NCBI GenBank assembly: GCA_963733055.1
Contig: CAVTBR010000002.1
Location: forward strand, 416,001-480,000
DNA: 64,000 bases
Origin: Candidatus Bathyarchaeota archaeon
Lineage (GTDB): Archaea; Thermoproteota; Bathyarchaeia; 40CM-2-53-6
Direction: 5' to 3'
Position numbers and translations under genes: made by a program. Each line of letters begins with the position of its first letter. The first letter of the stretch is position 1. Of this stretch, positions 38,104 to 47,582 are shown piece by piece. The notes beneath the pieces were generated by a model. The model was not told the origin of the DNA, did no database searches, and saw only the letters and a list, made by a program, of their open reading frames with translations.

Positions 38104-39312
38104 TCACTGGTACGCTTCGTACTCCTTTCCGAGCACGGCTGAGGCGATTTTGAGTTTCATTATCTCGTCCGTACCTTCATAGAGCCTACAGACCCTGACA
38201 TCCTGCAGATGTCTGCCCGGCCTGAACATGTAAGAATACCCGCGCCCACCGAACACCTGAACCGCCCTATCCGCCGCATCCCAAGCAGCGTTGGACGCAT
38301 ACAACTTTCCCTCCGCAATCAACCGATCCGCATAGGCTCTAGCCGTGACATTCGAAGGATCGGCATCGTATGCGCTTTTTGCTCGTGCGGACTTGTAGAC
38401 CAAGCAACGTGCAGCGTCCAGCTCAGTTCGGATCATCGCGATGTGTTCTTGCACGAGCTGATGTTTGGCGATTGGCTTACCATGTTGTTCTCGCTCCTTG
38501 GAATATCGAACGACCTCGGTTAGGCAGTCGGCGATTACTCCCAGGCATCCCGCCGCTACGCTTAATCTACCACTCATGAGGGTGGACATCGCGATCTTGA
38601 ACCCGTCACCCTCCTTCCCGAGCATGTTCTCTTTTGGGACGGGGTAGTCGCTCAATTCGAATAGGCCGGTATTGGTGGTGGGCATGCCAAGTTTTGTCGT
38701 CAAATCCTGTTTCAGAATTCCTTCCTTGTCGGTGTCAATGATGAAAGCGCTGATTTTGTCGCCGCCTTTCGGGTATGCGAAAGTCACGATCGCGTGGGCG
38801 ATGCCTGCGTTCGAGATGAGATATTTCACTCCGTTGAGAACGTAATGGCTTCCCTTATCCTCGTACGTCATCTTCATTTCAAGTGGGTTGCTGCCGGCCT
38901 CGGGCTCGGTTAGCCCGAAAGCAAGAATCTTCTCGCCCCTGGTTGACGGTGGAAGGTATTTTCGTCTTTGTTCTTCGTTTCCCCACATCTGGATTGGAAC
39001 CTGACCGATAGACGTGTGACCCGAGAAGAAGGTGCGAATCCCGGTTCCCTCCATTCCAATCCGGTCCAACGCTCTAGCATACGTCAACGCATCAGCCTCT
39101 CGTCCACTATACTCTTTCCTGACCGGCATCCCAAGCAGGTTGTATTTTCTACAGAGCGGAATCAACTGATCATTGAACTTGTGCTCAACATAACAGACCT
39201 CCTCTATTGGACGAAGTTCCTTGCAGAATCCGACTACGTCATGAAAGAACGAATCCCGATCCTTAACATCCAAAGCCTGACCCTCCGAGATACCGAGGGT
39301 TCTAACATACAC
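38104..39312 (-). CDS. acyl-CoA dehydrogenase
   Basis: FGLTEPEAGS, LNGVKYLISNA, REQHGKPI, QVFGGRGY, LYEGTDEI. Confidence 0.95.
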   Translation of the reverse strand: MYVRTLGISEGQALDVKDRDSFFHDVVGFCKELRPIEEVCYVEHKFNDQLIPLCRKYNLLGMPVRKEYSGREADALTYARALDRIGMEGTGIRTFFSGHTSIGQVPIQMWGNEEQRRKYLPPSTRGEKILAFGLTEPEAGSNPLEMKMTYEDKGSHYVLNGVKYLISNAGIAHAIVTFAYPKGGDKISAFIIDTDKEGILKQDLTTKLGMPTTNTGLFELSDYPVPKENMLGKEGDGFKIAMSTLMSGRLSVAAGCLGVIADCLTEVVRYSKEREQHGKPIAKHQLVQEHIAMIRTELDAARCLVYKSARAKSAYDADPSNVTARAYADRLIAEGKLYASNAAWDAADRAVQVFGGRGYSYMFRPGRHLQDVRVCRLYEGTDEIMKLKIASAVLGKEYEAYQ

Positions 39313-39394
39313 ATGTGAATATAGCTTCTTGATCTACCTTGACGCGGCCAGATGCCGCGATAACAGAAAAGCTTCCGCCATGTAGTTTTTACCT

Positions 39395-40525
39395 GTGAGC
39401 GGAACATTCCCGATTCGTCATTCTAGCTCGGAGGTAAGCAAGTCGGGAAAGATTCGGGTCGCCATCGTAGGGGTAGGCAACTGTGCCTCATCACTCGTTC
39501 AAGGGATAGAGTTCTACAAGAATGCGAAAGTGGATGAATTCATCCCCGGCTTAATGCATGTGAAATTGGGAGGTTACCACATTCGAGACGTGACCTTCAC
39601 TGCGGCTTTTGACGTAGACAAGAACAAGGTTGGGAAGGACCTTGGTGAAGCGATCTACGCAAAACCAAACAACACCATAAGGTTCGCAGACGTACCCAAG
39701 CTTGGGGTTCAAGTTCAAAGGGGTATGACCCACGACGGACTTGGAAAATATCTAAGTGAAATAATCGAAAAACATCCATCACACACCGTGGATGTAAGTC
39801 ACGTTTTGAAAGAGACGAAAACAGACGTGCTCCTCAACTATCTACCCGTCGGAAGCGAATTCGCAACTAAATGGTATATTGAACAGGCTCTCGACGCACA
39901 CTGCGCGGTCGTTAACTGCATCCCGGTATTCATCGCCCGAGAGAAGCGTTGGCAGGAGATCTTCGAAAAACGTGGCGTACCCGTGATCGGGGACGACATC
40001 AAATCGCAGGTTGGCGCTACAATAGTTCATAGGGTGTTGACCCAGCTGTTTAAGGACAGGGGGGTAAAGTTGGAACGAACTGCCCAATTAAATGTTGGCG
40101 GGAACACAGATTTCTTGAACATGCTTGAACGTGAAAGGCTAGAGAGTAAGAAGATCTCGAAGACGGGCGCGGTGACTTCGGTGCTCGACTACAAGTTGCC
40201 CCCTGAAAACGTCCACATAGGCCCAAGCGACTACGTACCTTGGCTCCACGACCGCAAATGGGCATACATCCGACTCGAAGGAACAACCTTCGGCAACGTT
40301 CCACTGAACGTTGAATTGAAACTCGAAGTGTGGGATTCACCAAACAGCGCCGGGGTCGTTATCGATGCGATCAGATGCGCTAAACTTGCCTTGGACAGAG
40401 GCATCAGCGGAGCACTCAAAGCACCATCAGCCTACTTTATGAAATCTCCACCTGAGCAATTTCCCGACGATGTCGCCAGACGAATGTTAGAGGAATTCAT
40501 CAAGGAACCTCAACGGAGGCCCTGA
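39395..40525 (+). CDS. ino1: myo-inositol-1-phosphate synthase
   Basis: [41 protein letters not shown]. Confidence 0.95.
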   Translation: MSGTFPIRHSSSEVSKSGKIRVAIVGVGNCASSLVQGIEFYKNAKVDEFIPGLMHVKLGGYHIRDVTFTAAFDVDKNKVGKDLGEAIYAKPNNTIRFADVPKLGVQVQRGMTHDGLGKYLSEIIEKHPSHTVDVSHVLKETKTDVLLNYLPVGSEFATKWYIEQALDAHCAVVNCIPVFIAREKRWQEIFEKRGVPVIGDDIKSQVGATIVHRVLTQLFKDRGVKLERTAQLNVGGNTDFLNMLERERLESKKISKTGAVTSVLDYKLPPENVHIGPSDYVPWLHDRKWAYIRLEGTTFGNVPLNVELKLEVWDSPNSAGVVIDAIRCAKLALDRGISGALKAPSAYFMKSPPEQFPDDVARRMLEEFIKEPQRRP

Positions 40526-40635
40526 GGAGCACGATATTGGATGGGCTGCAAATTAAACTCGGTGTTCAGCAGCGTCCGAAAGGAACCAGATTTTCGGAAC
40601 CGCACTCAAACCTAAGTGCCAAGGAATCTAACATT

Positions 40636-41271
40636 CTATCCGAGCAGTGTTAATGCTGCGGCCATCGCAGAATGTTCTGCGAGTTCAGGACTGGGCGCAC
40701 TGACAATCGTGATCACGTCATTGTTACTCGGAGAAAACGTTTTTTGTAAATCCGCGAAAAGCGACTCATGTTGGTGCAGCGTCCAGCTTTCTCGTTCGCC
40801 CATGGGCATCACTAGCTCCCCGTTCTTGTAAACGAGTGTGCACGCACCCGTCGCTCCGACTCGAATAGCCGCGTCCCTCTGTTCGATGCCCCTCTTTACG
40901 AGCGCTCCAGACCCTCTAACGAGAACCGCTGCGCTTTCCTTGTCCAGCGCCAACTGCCTCGCGTTTATCGGGCGAGTCTCAGACAACTTTGATCTCAACG
41001 ACTTATAGAGCACTGTACCTCGTTGCGTGAGTACACATCCTCCCTTTGCCGTGCCGACGAGCTTCGCCTTTGTAAGATGCCTGATGATGGTTCGCCCTGC
41101 ACCTTCACCCACGCCAAGTTTTCTTGAGAGTTCGAGCCTTCCGATTGGCCCTTGGTCGCCAATGTAAAGAAGTGCACGAGAAACATGGACCGCGGAGAAG
41201 GCGGGTGCAGGACCTGGGCTGTCGGCTCTTGACACCGACAGGATTGCGTTGAGCACGCTCCGAGATGACAA
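40636..41271 (-). CDS. DUF4443/DUF2111-type archaeal wHTH protein
   Basis: IGRLELSRKLGVGEG, GIEQRDAAIRVGATGA. Confidence 0.8.
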   Translation of the reverse strand: MSSRSVLNAILSVSRADSPGPAPAFSAVHVSRALLYIGDQGPIGRLELSRKLGVGEGAGRTIIRHLTKAKLVGTAKGGCVLTQRGTVLYKSLRSKLSETRPINARQLALDKESAAVLVRGSGALVKRGIEQRDAAIRVGATGACTLVYKNGELVMPMGERESWTLHQHESLFADLQKTFSPSNNDVITIVSAPSPELAEHSAMAAALTLLG

Positions 41272-41294
41272 GAGTTAATCGCCTTCGAAAGGGA

Positions 41295-42488
41295 TTATTT
41301 TTTCTTCACGGCCGCCTTTTCCTTCGCTGTCTCACTCATCTTTCGGAATCTTCGTCTAACTTCCTGGAGGGTGGTGTCTTTCTTGCAAAAAGCAATCCGA
41401 ATCTTCCTCTCCCCCAACGCCTTGTCGTGGTAGAGGGCTTGAGCGGGCAAGACACCTACTCCGACCTTCTTCAATAGAAAGTCCGCAAATTGCATCCCAT
41501 CCCTGAACCTCTCAGGGGCGTCTACCAGGATGTAGTATGCGCCCTCCGGCCGAAGGTAGGCTAGCTTTGCCTCTTCAAGAATTTCCATGATGCTTCTTCG
41601 CTTTCGTTCGTAGGCTTCAGCCAACCTCTCGTAATAGTCTGAGGGGAAATTCAAGGCTGTGACAAGGGCCTCCTGCAACGGGTTAGGAGCACAGATCGTA
41701 AGGTAGTCGTGAACTTTCCGTATGGCGTCGGTAAGGCTTCTCTCAGCTATTGCCCAACCCACTCGCCACCCAGTTACGCTGTAAGTTTTCGAGGCGGCGT
41801 TCACCGTCACGGTTTTGTCGTGCATGTTCCCGAATGAACCGAGGCTAATGTGGCGTTTGCCGTCGTAGAGTATGTGCTCGTATATCTCGTCCGTGACCAC
41901 AACGGTGTCTTCGTCCTCGCAGAGATCGGCGATCAACTTCAGTTGTCCAGCCTCCAGGACGCGGCCGGTTGGATTATTCGGCGTGTTCAGCAGGAAGAGT
42001 TTCGGATGCTTTGCCATAACGCTCTTGAGAGTCTCTTCGTCAAGCTCTAGGTTTCGGCCCTTGAAAGGCACGTATAGCAACTTACAGCCCGCGAGGATTG
42101 CGTCTGGGACGTAGTTCTCGTAGAACGGATCAGTTACGACGACGTGATCGCCAGCGTTGGTTAGTGCAAAGATTGCCGCGGCGACTGCTTCAGTTGAACC
42201 GCATGTGACGGTCACGTTCTTTTCCACGTCCGAATCAATGCCGTTATACTCCTTCGCTTTCGCCGCGATAGCTTCCCTTAACCCTCGGTGGCCCCAGGTG
42301 ACCGAATACTGGTTAGACCCACGCCTAATCGCTTCGACGGCGGCTTCGACTAGCTTAGGGGATGGGATGAAGTCGGGCATTCCCTGGGAAAGATTGATCG
42401 CGTCGTACTGATCGCTAAGCCGCGTCATCTCACGAATCACTGATTCCGTGAAGAAGCTGAGTTTCTGGGATGCTGCCAAAGAAATCAC
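41295..42488 (-). CDS. class I/II PLP-dependent aminotransferase
   Basis: NLSQGMPD, NTPNNPTG, DEIY, SKTYSVTGWRVG, IRIAF. Confidence 0.95.
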   Translation of the reverse strand: MISLAASQKLSFFTESVIREMTRLSDQYDAINLSQGMPDFIPSPKLVEAAVEAIRRGSNQYSVTWGHRGLREAIAAKAKEYNGIDSDVEKNVTVTCGSTEAVAAAIFALTNAGDHVVVTDPFYENYVPDAILAGCKLLYVPFKGRNLELDEETLKSVMAKHPKLFLLNTPNNPTGRVLEAGQLKLIADLCEDEDTVVVTDEIYEHILYDGKRHISLGSFGNMHDKTVTVNAASKTYSVTGWRVGWAIAERSLTDAIRKVHDYLTICAPNPLQEALVTALNFPSDYYERLAEAYERKRRSIMEILEEAKLAYLRPEGAYYILVDAPERFRDGMQFADFLLKKVGVGVLPAQALYHDKALGERKIRIAFCKKDTTLQEVRRRFRKMSETAKEKAAVKKK

Positions 42489-42523
42489 CTATGGCATTGT
42501 GGTTTAGGTTTAAATGAGCATCG

Positions 42524-44096
42524 TCACGGATGACCAGTCGTCCTTCTACCCGAACCGCTAAGACGCCGTCGCGTTACAAGAACCAGAACTAATACCGCCC
42601 CGGTTGCGACGATCATGAACCAGGCTAGATTAGACGTCGTGAACGCTACCGGCGCTTGGCCGCTCACCTGGGTTCTGACCATAGCCCATGCTCTCACTGT
42701 GCCTGCGTCGAGTCCCAGCCCGAGTACGTATTGTCCAAGCGGTGTTCTTGGAGAGACGGTAATTTCGACTTGGGCTGGATTGTTGGCGACGTCCACGAGC
42801 GACGCGCCTGGTGGAGAGAAGGTCACATTGATGTCTTGAGGGGTATATGACGGCCACGAGTAAACGTAGGTCCCGTATCCGGCGCTTTGCACATTGCTCG
42901 CCGACAAAGTCAAACTTGTTTGCCCGCCCGCTTGCAGCTGCAAGTGGTTTTCAGAGGGGCTGGCAGTGAAGGGCACCGTTTTGTTCCCGTATACCACGCC
43001 AATCTTGTTACCGCTCCATTCAGTAAACCACACGTTACCATCCGGTGCCAGGGCGATCCATAGGGCGGTGCTGATTGGACCGGTTGGAATAGCGAATTCG
43101 AACATTGTTTGGGCGGTGGGATCGAGATACCCTACGCTGTTCCCGCCATGTTCCGCGAACCATACTCTGCCGACGCCGTCTATCAAGAGGTCGTTGGGTA
43201 TTGATATTGGATAGACTTGGGGTGGGGGTTCGTGGGTTGGGTAGCGGGTTATTTGCTGGGAGGTGGAGTTGAACTTCACAATCCAATTGCCACCGTGGTC
43301 AGCCACCCAAACGATTCCGTCAGGTGTAACCGCGATCCCGACGGGGGAACCAACGTACTGCGTGGGGTCTATGGAGGAAAAATGGTACTCGTTGAACACT
43401 TTCGTCTGCAGGTTGAACGTCGCGACTGACTCGTTGTAGGCTTCTGTAAACCACAAGGTTCCATGGCTGCCGAATGTTAGGTCCGCCGGGCCCGCAAACT
43501 GCGTGGGAACAACATATTCATCAAGTTTACCAGAGAGTGGGTCATACGACCCGATCCTATTCCCTAACAGTTCAGTAAACCAGAGCCGCCCTTCGGTATC
43601 TGAAATGATTCTAAACGGGAAGGATCCTGGGGTAGGAATCGGGATGACTGTGAAATTATTGTCGCTCGAGTTGAACCTTATCAGGCGTCCATTCCCGCCC
43701 GGCTCGATCGCGCCTCCGGGGGAAACGGATCCTTTGAGAGAGTACTGTGTTAACCAAACCGCCCCACTCAGATCGACGGTTATCCCCCACATGTCTCCCA
43801 CTCCGGGAACCGCATACTCCGAGAATGTATCTGTTCTTGGATCAAACCGACCAAGCTTACTCGCATTCGACTCGGTAAACCAAACAACCCCTTCCCGATC
43901 TACGGTTAGGGCGAGTGGGGCAGAGTTAGGTGTCGGAACACTATACTCGTCTATGTACCGCGGCAAAGGGGTAGCCGCTAACCGCGGAGTGTTGAGCCAT
44001 AACCGCGCTAGACATTGTTGACATCGCAATAACGAGAATAAAGCCAACAGCAAGAGAGTAATGATTACCGAGTTGCCGATTCCTGTTATGTTGCAA
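42524..44096 (-). CDS. membrane-anchored Vgb-like (streptogramin lyase family) beta-propeller; start uncertain, possible frameshift near 43968
   Basis: repeated G.VWFTE...N.IG..DP blades, C-terminal TM; signal-peptide-like segment in an alternative frame from TTG 44096. Confidence 0.75.
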
Positions 44097-44159
44097 CGGT
44101 TAGTTGCGCCAGGAACGGAATCTCCGATGGTTAAACAAACCTTTCTGAGCCGAGGGGTC

Positions 44160-44462
44160 TTAGTAGTGTAGGCCGCAGTTCTCACAGTAGAACCGGTTGT
44201 AGGTCGGAATCTCGGTGAGCGGCGTTCCGCAACTAGAGCAGACGTAAAGGTCACCTAAGGGTTCAAGCGGCGTACCAACCATGACGAGTTCAACTTCCTC
44301 GATTTGCTCTTCCGACAAACGACAACACGAACAGTTGTAACGGGTAGGAGGTTGAAAAAGCTTTGTGGAAAAATCATGCAGGTCCGCTTCAAGCCGCGGA
44401 AGTTCACGTGGAAGAGCCTCTAACTCGCAGCGTTCTGGAAAGCTTTTCTCTTCAACAAACAC
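44160..44462 (-). CDS. small protein with C-terminal Cys4 zinc ribbon (start uncertain; ATG 44282 gives a 40-aa version)
   Basis: CSSCGTPL..YNRFYCENCGLHY; divergent from tRNA-Pro. Confidence 0.5.
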   Translation of the reverse strand: MFVEEKSFPERCELEALPRELPRLEADLHDFSTKLFQPPTRYNCSCCRLSEEQIEEVELVMVGTPLEPLGDLYVCSSCGTPLTEIPTYNRFYCENCGLHY

Positions 44463-44491
44463 ATAAGGAACAGCCGTATCAGGCCTCGATA

Positions 44492-44569
44492 GGGGCCGTA
44501 GTCTAGCATGGTTATGATACGCGGCTTGGGCCCGCGAGGTCGCTGGTTCAAATCCGGCCGGCCCCACCA
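44492..44569 (+). tRNA. tRNA-Pro(TGG), intronless, CCA encoded
   Basis: acceptor GGGGCCG/CGGCCCC-A-CCA; anticodon arm CGCGG-CTTGGGC-CCGCG; T arm GCTGG-TTCAAAT-CCGGC. Confidence 0.97.
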
Positions 44570-45513
44570 ATTTGGTCGATCGACACTGGATTCAGCGTAG
44601 GGCAATATTTGGAAACTCTCTTCGCAATTCTCCCAACTGTGTGAAGCCGTTCCGCCTTCCGTTTGATTTTCATGTCTACACTTCGCTCGAACCTTTGACG
44701 ACAGCAGTTCCGTACGTAAATTACGTGCAAAACGCGATATTTGCGATGATAGACCTTGCCGTTTCTTGGACCTATGAGTATACCGGCCTTTTTCCATGAG
44801 TTTAATGTGTAATGAATGGCCAGTCGATCGAGAGCAAGTGTTACTAACTCAACGACCTCTTTTCGCGTGTTGAAGGCCCGAATCTTGGGGTTGGACCCAG
44901 TTATTGATATCGCGCCTTCAGCGTCCCAGAAACCACCAAGAAACCAGCCGGGGTAGCTGCCAATAATTGGTTTCAACAGGTCAGGGCACGCTCTTGAGGC
45001 TAAGAGAAAATCGTATAGCATCCTGTTGTTAGCGTAGACACTGTAACGTCCGTCCTTGCGACGGGAAAGATGCAACGGTTTTTGCCGCCGCAGAGTAATT
45101 GCCATAGACTCTGCGAACGCCTGCGCGAAGTCCACATCTTTGACAATTAGCCGCGTGTAGTGTTTCCATCTCTTTTTGTATAATACTAGCGTGCCATCAC
45201 CAATCCAGGCCCCAATTCCATAAGCGAGGTGTGGACCTACAATCGGCAACACATGTCTCCGTAGCGGATCATATCGCCCCGTCAACCAATTGACGACCTC
45301 ACCCTTCCCAACGCCAACTCTCCTAGCGATAGTACCGTACCCCATCCCTGTCCTCCGTAATTCCAACACCTGCCTATGCTCTCCAATCCTTCGCCAGATG
45401 CTATGATATCTATTGTATGAGCGGTCATCCAATAATCGCGCGACCAACGCGATACCGTGGCCGCCTAGCGATTCGAGAAGATTCACGAAGGGCGACGCCT
45501 CCGATTTGTTCAC
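44548..45513 (-). CDS. free-standing HTH plus double-motif LAGLIDADG homing endonuclease
   Basis: HTH QVLELRRTGMGYGTIARRVGVGKGEVVNWL; motif 1 LAYGIGAWIGDG; motif 2 FLGGFWDAEG; very basic; no intein termini. Confidence 0.9.
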   Translation of the reverse strand: MNKSEASPFVNLLESLGGHGIALVARLLDDRSYNRYHSIWRRIGEHRQVLELRRTGMGYGTIARRVGVGKGEVVNWLTGRYDPLRRHVLPIVGPHLAYGIGAWIGDGTLVLYKKRWKHYTRLIVKDVDFAQAFAESMAITLRRQKPLHLSRRKDGRYSVYANNRMLYDFLLASRACPDLLKPIIGSYPGWFLGGFWDAEGAISITGSNPKIRAFNTRKEVVELVTLALDRLAIHYTLNSWKKAGILIGPRNGKVYHRKYRVLHVIYVRNCCRQRFERSVDMKIKRKAERLHTVGRIAKRVSKYCPTLNPVSIDQIGGAGRI

Positions 45514-45558
45514 CGATGAGCCAAGGAATTAAGTCATGAAGGTGCTCTCGTCCCAAGA

Positions 45559-45589
45559 GTCGCTGGTTCTAATCCGGCCGGCCCCACCA
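45559..45589 (+). repeat. duplicated 3' end of tRNA-Pro (att-like site)
   Basis: GTCGCTGGTTCTAATCCGGCCGGCCCCACCA versus tRNA GTCGCTGGTTCAAATCCGGCCGGCCCCACCA. Confidence 0.95.
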
Positions 45590-45799
45590 CATCACTAATT
45601 AGTCATTGCGAATGAACCATTCACCTATTCCAAAACCTAGTTCGAGTTTTCTCGACCGGTAAGGCTGAATGTCTTGCACTCGTGTGAACCGCTCTGTCTT
45701 TCGGCATATCGTCTGGTCGTGTAGTACGCGTATCTTACTTGCCACACGCGTAGTTTGTAATGATTCGATGTGAATAATTCAAGCATACATGTTATAGGC

Positions 45800-45816
45800 A
45801 ACTACACGTTGTAGTT
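45800..45816. promoter_or_regulatory. putative BlaI-family operator 1
   Basis: AACTAC-ACGTT-GTAGTT just downstream of GTTATA. Confidence 0.7.
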
Positions 45817-45831
45817 AGTTGATGAAAAAAA

Positions 45832-46602
45832 TTGGTTCGAACATTCGCGAAAACGCGTGGATATGCTATACTCGGCATTGTCCTAATCATAGCAATTATA
45901 GCGGCAGGAGCAAACAGCAACGCCGTCTTGGCTGATGCCTGCACTGCGCAATTGAGCTACCCCATCATGCCCGCAGTGTACTCTTACTCTAACGTTCCAA
46001 TCGTAGTGCCCATGTCAGCAACCTGTACCACAGCTTACGGCAACCAAATATACGCAACAGGTAACGCGTACGACGCAACGTCAAACGCCGGCTTAGGCTC
46101 GGTGAGCACAGTTCTACAATCTGTCAACGGTGGAACCAACTTCAATGGACAATTAGGGTTCAACCTCCCGACAACAACGCAAGGGCACACCGTCACGATC
46201 TCCGTTTCAGTCTACAGTAACCAATACGGCAATCTGATAACCGCAACCAGCGAAACATTTCAGGTTGTGTCAGGAAGCCAACAGGTCACTACTACCACGG
46301 TAACTCAACCGTCCCCATACCCATACCCGTATCCAAACCAATACCCAACCCAGTATCAGTATCAAAACCCCTACCCGTACCAGACTCCTCCATACTCCCA
46401 GTACCCTTCACAACAGCGTCCCTACAGAAACCAATCGCAATATCAAACTCAATACCAGAACAACTCTTCCCTACTGGGTTACGTTGCGATAGCAGCAATA
46501 CTCGCAGCCGTCATAATCGCAACAGCAGGACTAGTCATTTACGGGCGAAGGCAGCAACCCCCTATGCTAACGTGGGTTCCGCCACCTCCACCACCTCGTT
46601 AG
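45832..46602 (+). CDS. secreted, membrane-anchored protein with Pro/Tyr/Gln-rich linker
   Basis: signal peptide, Cys-paired beta domain, PYPYPYPNQYPTQYQYQ, TM helix, poly-Pro tail. Confidence 0.7.
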   Translation: MVRTFAKTRGYAILGIVLIIAIIAAGANSNAVLADACTAQLSYPIMPAVYSYSNVPIVVPMSATCTTAYGNQIYATGNAYDATSNAGLGSVSTVLQSVNGGTNFNGQLGFNLPTTTQGHTVTISVSVYSNQYGNLITATSETFQVVSGSQQVTTTTVTQPSPYPYPYPNQYPTQYQYQNPYPYQTPPYSQYPSQQRPYRNQSQYQTQYQNNSSLLGYVAIAAILAAVIIATAGLVIYGRRQQPPMLTWVPPPPPPR

Positions 46603-46824
46603 ACCTAGAATAAGACGGCACCCAAGAAATTCCCATTTCTTAGCTCCCTTTCGATAACAACAATTTTCAAACTGCCTGTGCAGCAAGGCTACTTGCCCTA
46701 TGACTTTAGAAAGCCGCAACCGCGATGCAAATTCAAGACATGCATTCTCCACTGTGGTAACGATAAGGCTAAGCTCGGGGGAGCCGGAACCAATGCTTAC
46801 TAGAGCGTAACACGTAAATTTGCC

Positions 46825-46841
46825 AACTATGGCGTGTAGTT
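46825..46841. promoter_or_regulatory. putative BlaI-family operator 2
   Basis: AACTAT-GGCGT-GTAGTT abutting the ATG at 46842. Confidence 0.65.
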
Positions 46842-47582
46842 ATGGACAAGATGCCACCGAAACCGCCGACCGGCCCAGCAGTTCAGACCATAGACGTAAC
46901 GAAAGTCTATCGAGTCGGCCATACCGATTATCCAGCCCTGAAAGGAATCAACTTGAAGATTAATAGAGGGGAGTTTGTTGCGATAATGGGCCCTTCGGGC
47001 AGCGGCAAATCCACACTCCTAAACCTGATTGGGGCACTCGACCGGCCCACTTCTGGGCGGGTAATCATTGACGGAATCGACCTTCGAAAGTTAGGCGAGG
47101 ACAGCCTTGCTCTACTCCGGAATCGCAAGCTCGGATTCGTATATCAAACGTTCAACCTGATTCAAAGGCTCACAGCAATGGAGAATGTCGAGATGCCTCT
47201 CATCTCTCGTGGCATGCCAGAAAAGATTCGAAAGAACAGATCATCAAAGATGCTAAGCGCCGTGGGTCTTGGAACCAAAGGAAACAAGCGGCCAACTGAA
47301 CTTAGCGGCGGAGAACAACAGCGAGTCGCCATCGCCAGGGCACTAGTAACCAACCCATCCCTAGTCATCGCCGACGAACCAACGGGAAACCTGGATTCGA
47401 AAACCACCAGCGAAGTAGTTGACCAGTTTGTCCAAGCGAACAAACAGTTTGGGACAACCATACTTGTTGTTACCCACAACCCGGACATCGCGGAAAGAAC
47501 TCAACACGTGATCTCGATTCGGGACGGTCTAGTCGAAAAGGAACAGTACCTTCAAAGGTTGGATTCCTATTCCTTGGGTTGA
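46842..47582 (+). CDS. ABC transporter ATP-binding protein (LolD/MacB type)
   Basis: GPSGSGKST, LSGGEQQRVAIARAL, ADEPTGNLD, VTH. Confidence 0.95.
   Translation: MDKMPPKPPTGPAVQTIDVTKVYRVGHTDYPALKGINLKINRGEFVAIMGPSGSGKSTLLNLIGALDRPTSGRVIIDGIDLRKLGEDSLALLRNRKLGFVYQTFNLIQRLTAMENVEMPLISRGMPEKIRKNRSSKMLSAVGLGTKGNKRPTELSGGEQQRVAIARALVTNPSLVIADEPTGNLDSKTTSEVVDQFVQANKQFGTTILVVTHNPDIAERTQHVISIRDGLVEKEQYLQRLDSYSLG

Larger units (their letters stand above)
44539..45589. mobile_element. minimal tRNA-associated cassette carrying only a LAGLIDADG endonuclease, bounded by 31-bp direct repeats
   Basis: repeats 44539-44569 and 45559-45589 (30/31 identical), 1020 bp apart; no integrase. Confidence 0.75.

Noticed and set aside
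44548-45513. Intein-derived endonuclease
   Set aside because: No host protein, no N-terminal Cys/Ser block and no terminal His-Asn.
44539-45558. Large tRNA intron encoding the homing endonuclease
   Set aside because: The upstream tRNA is already complete with CCA, the ORF is antisense, and no bulge-helix-bulge was evident.
45515-45589. Second complete tRNA or tRNA-like RNA at the downstream repeat (GCTCT-CGTCCCA-AGAGT stem-loop precedes the T arm)
   Set aside because: No 5' acceptor strand or D arm, loop lacks U33 and purine 37, no room for a variable loop; only a 3' fragment.
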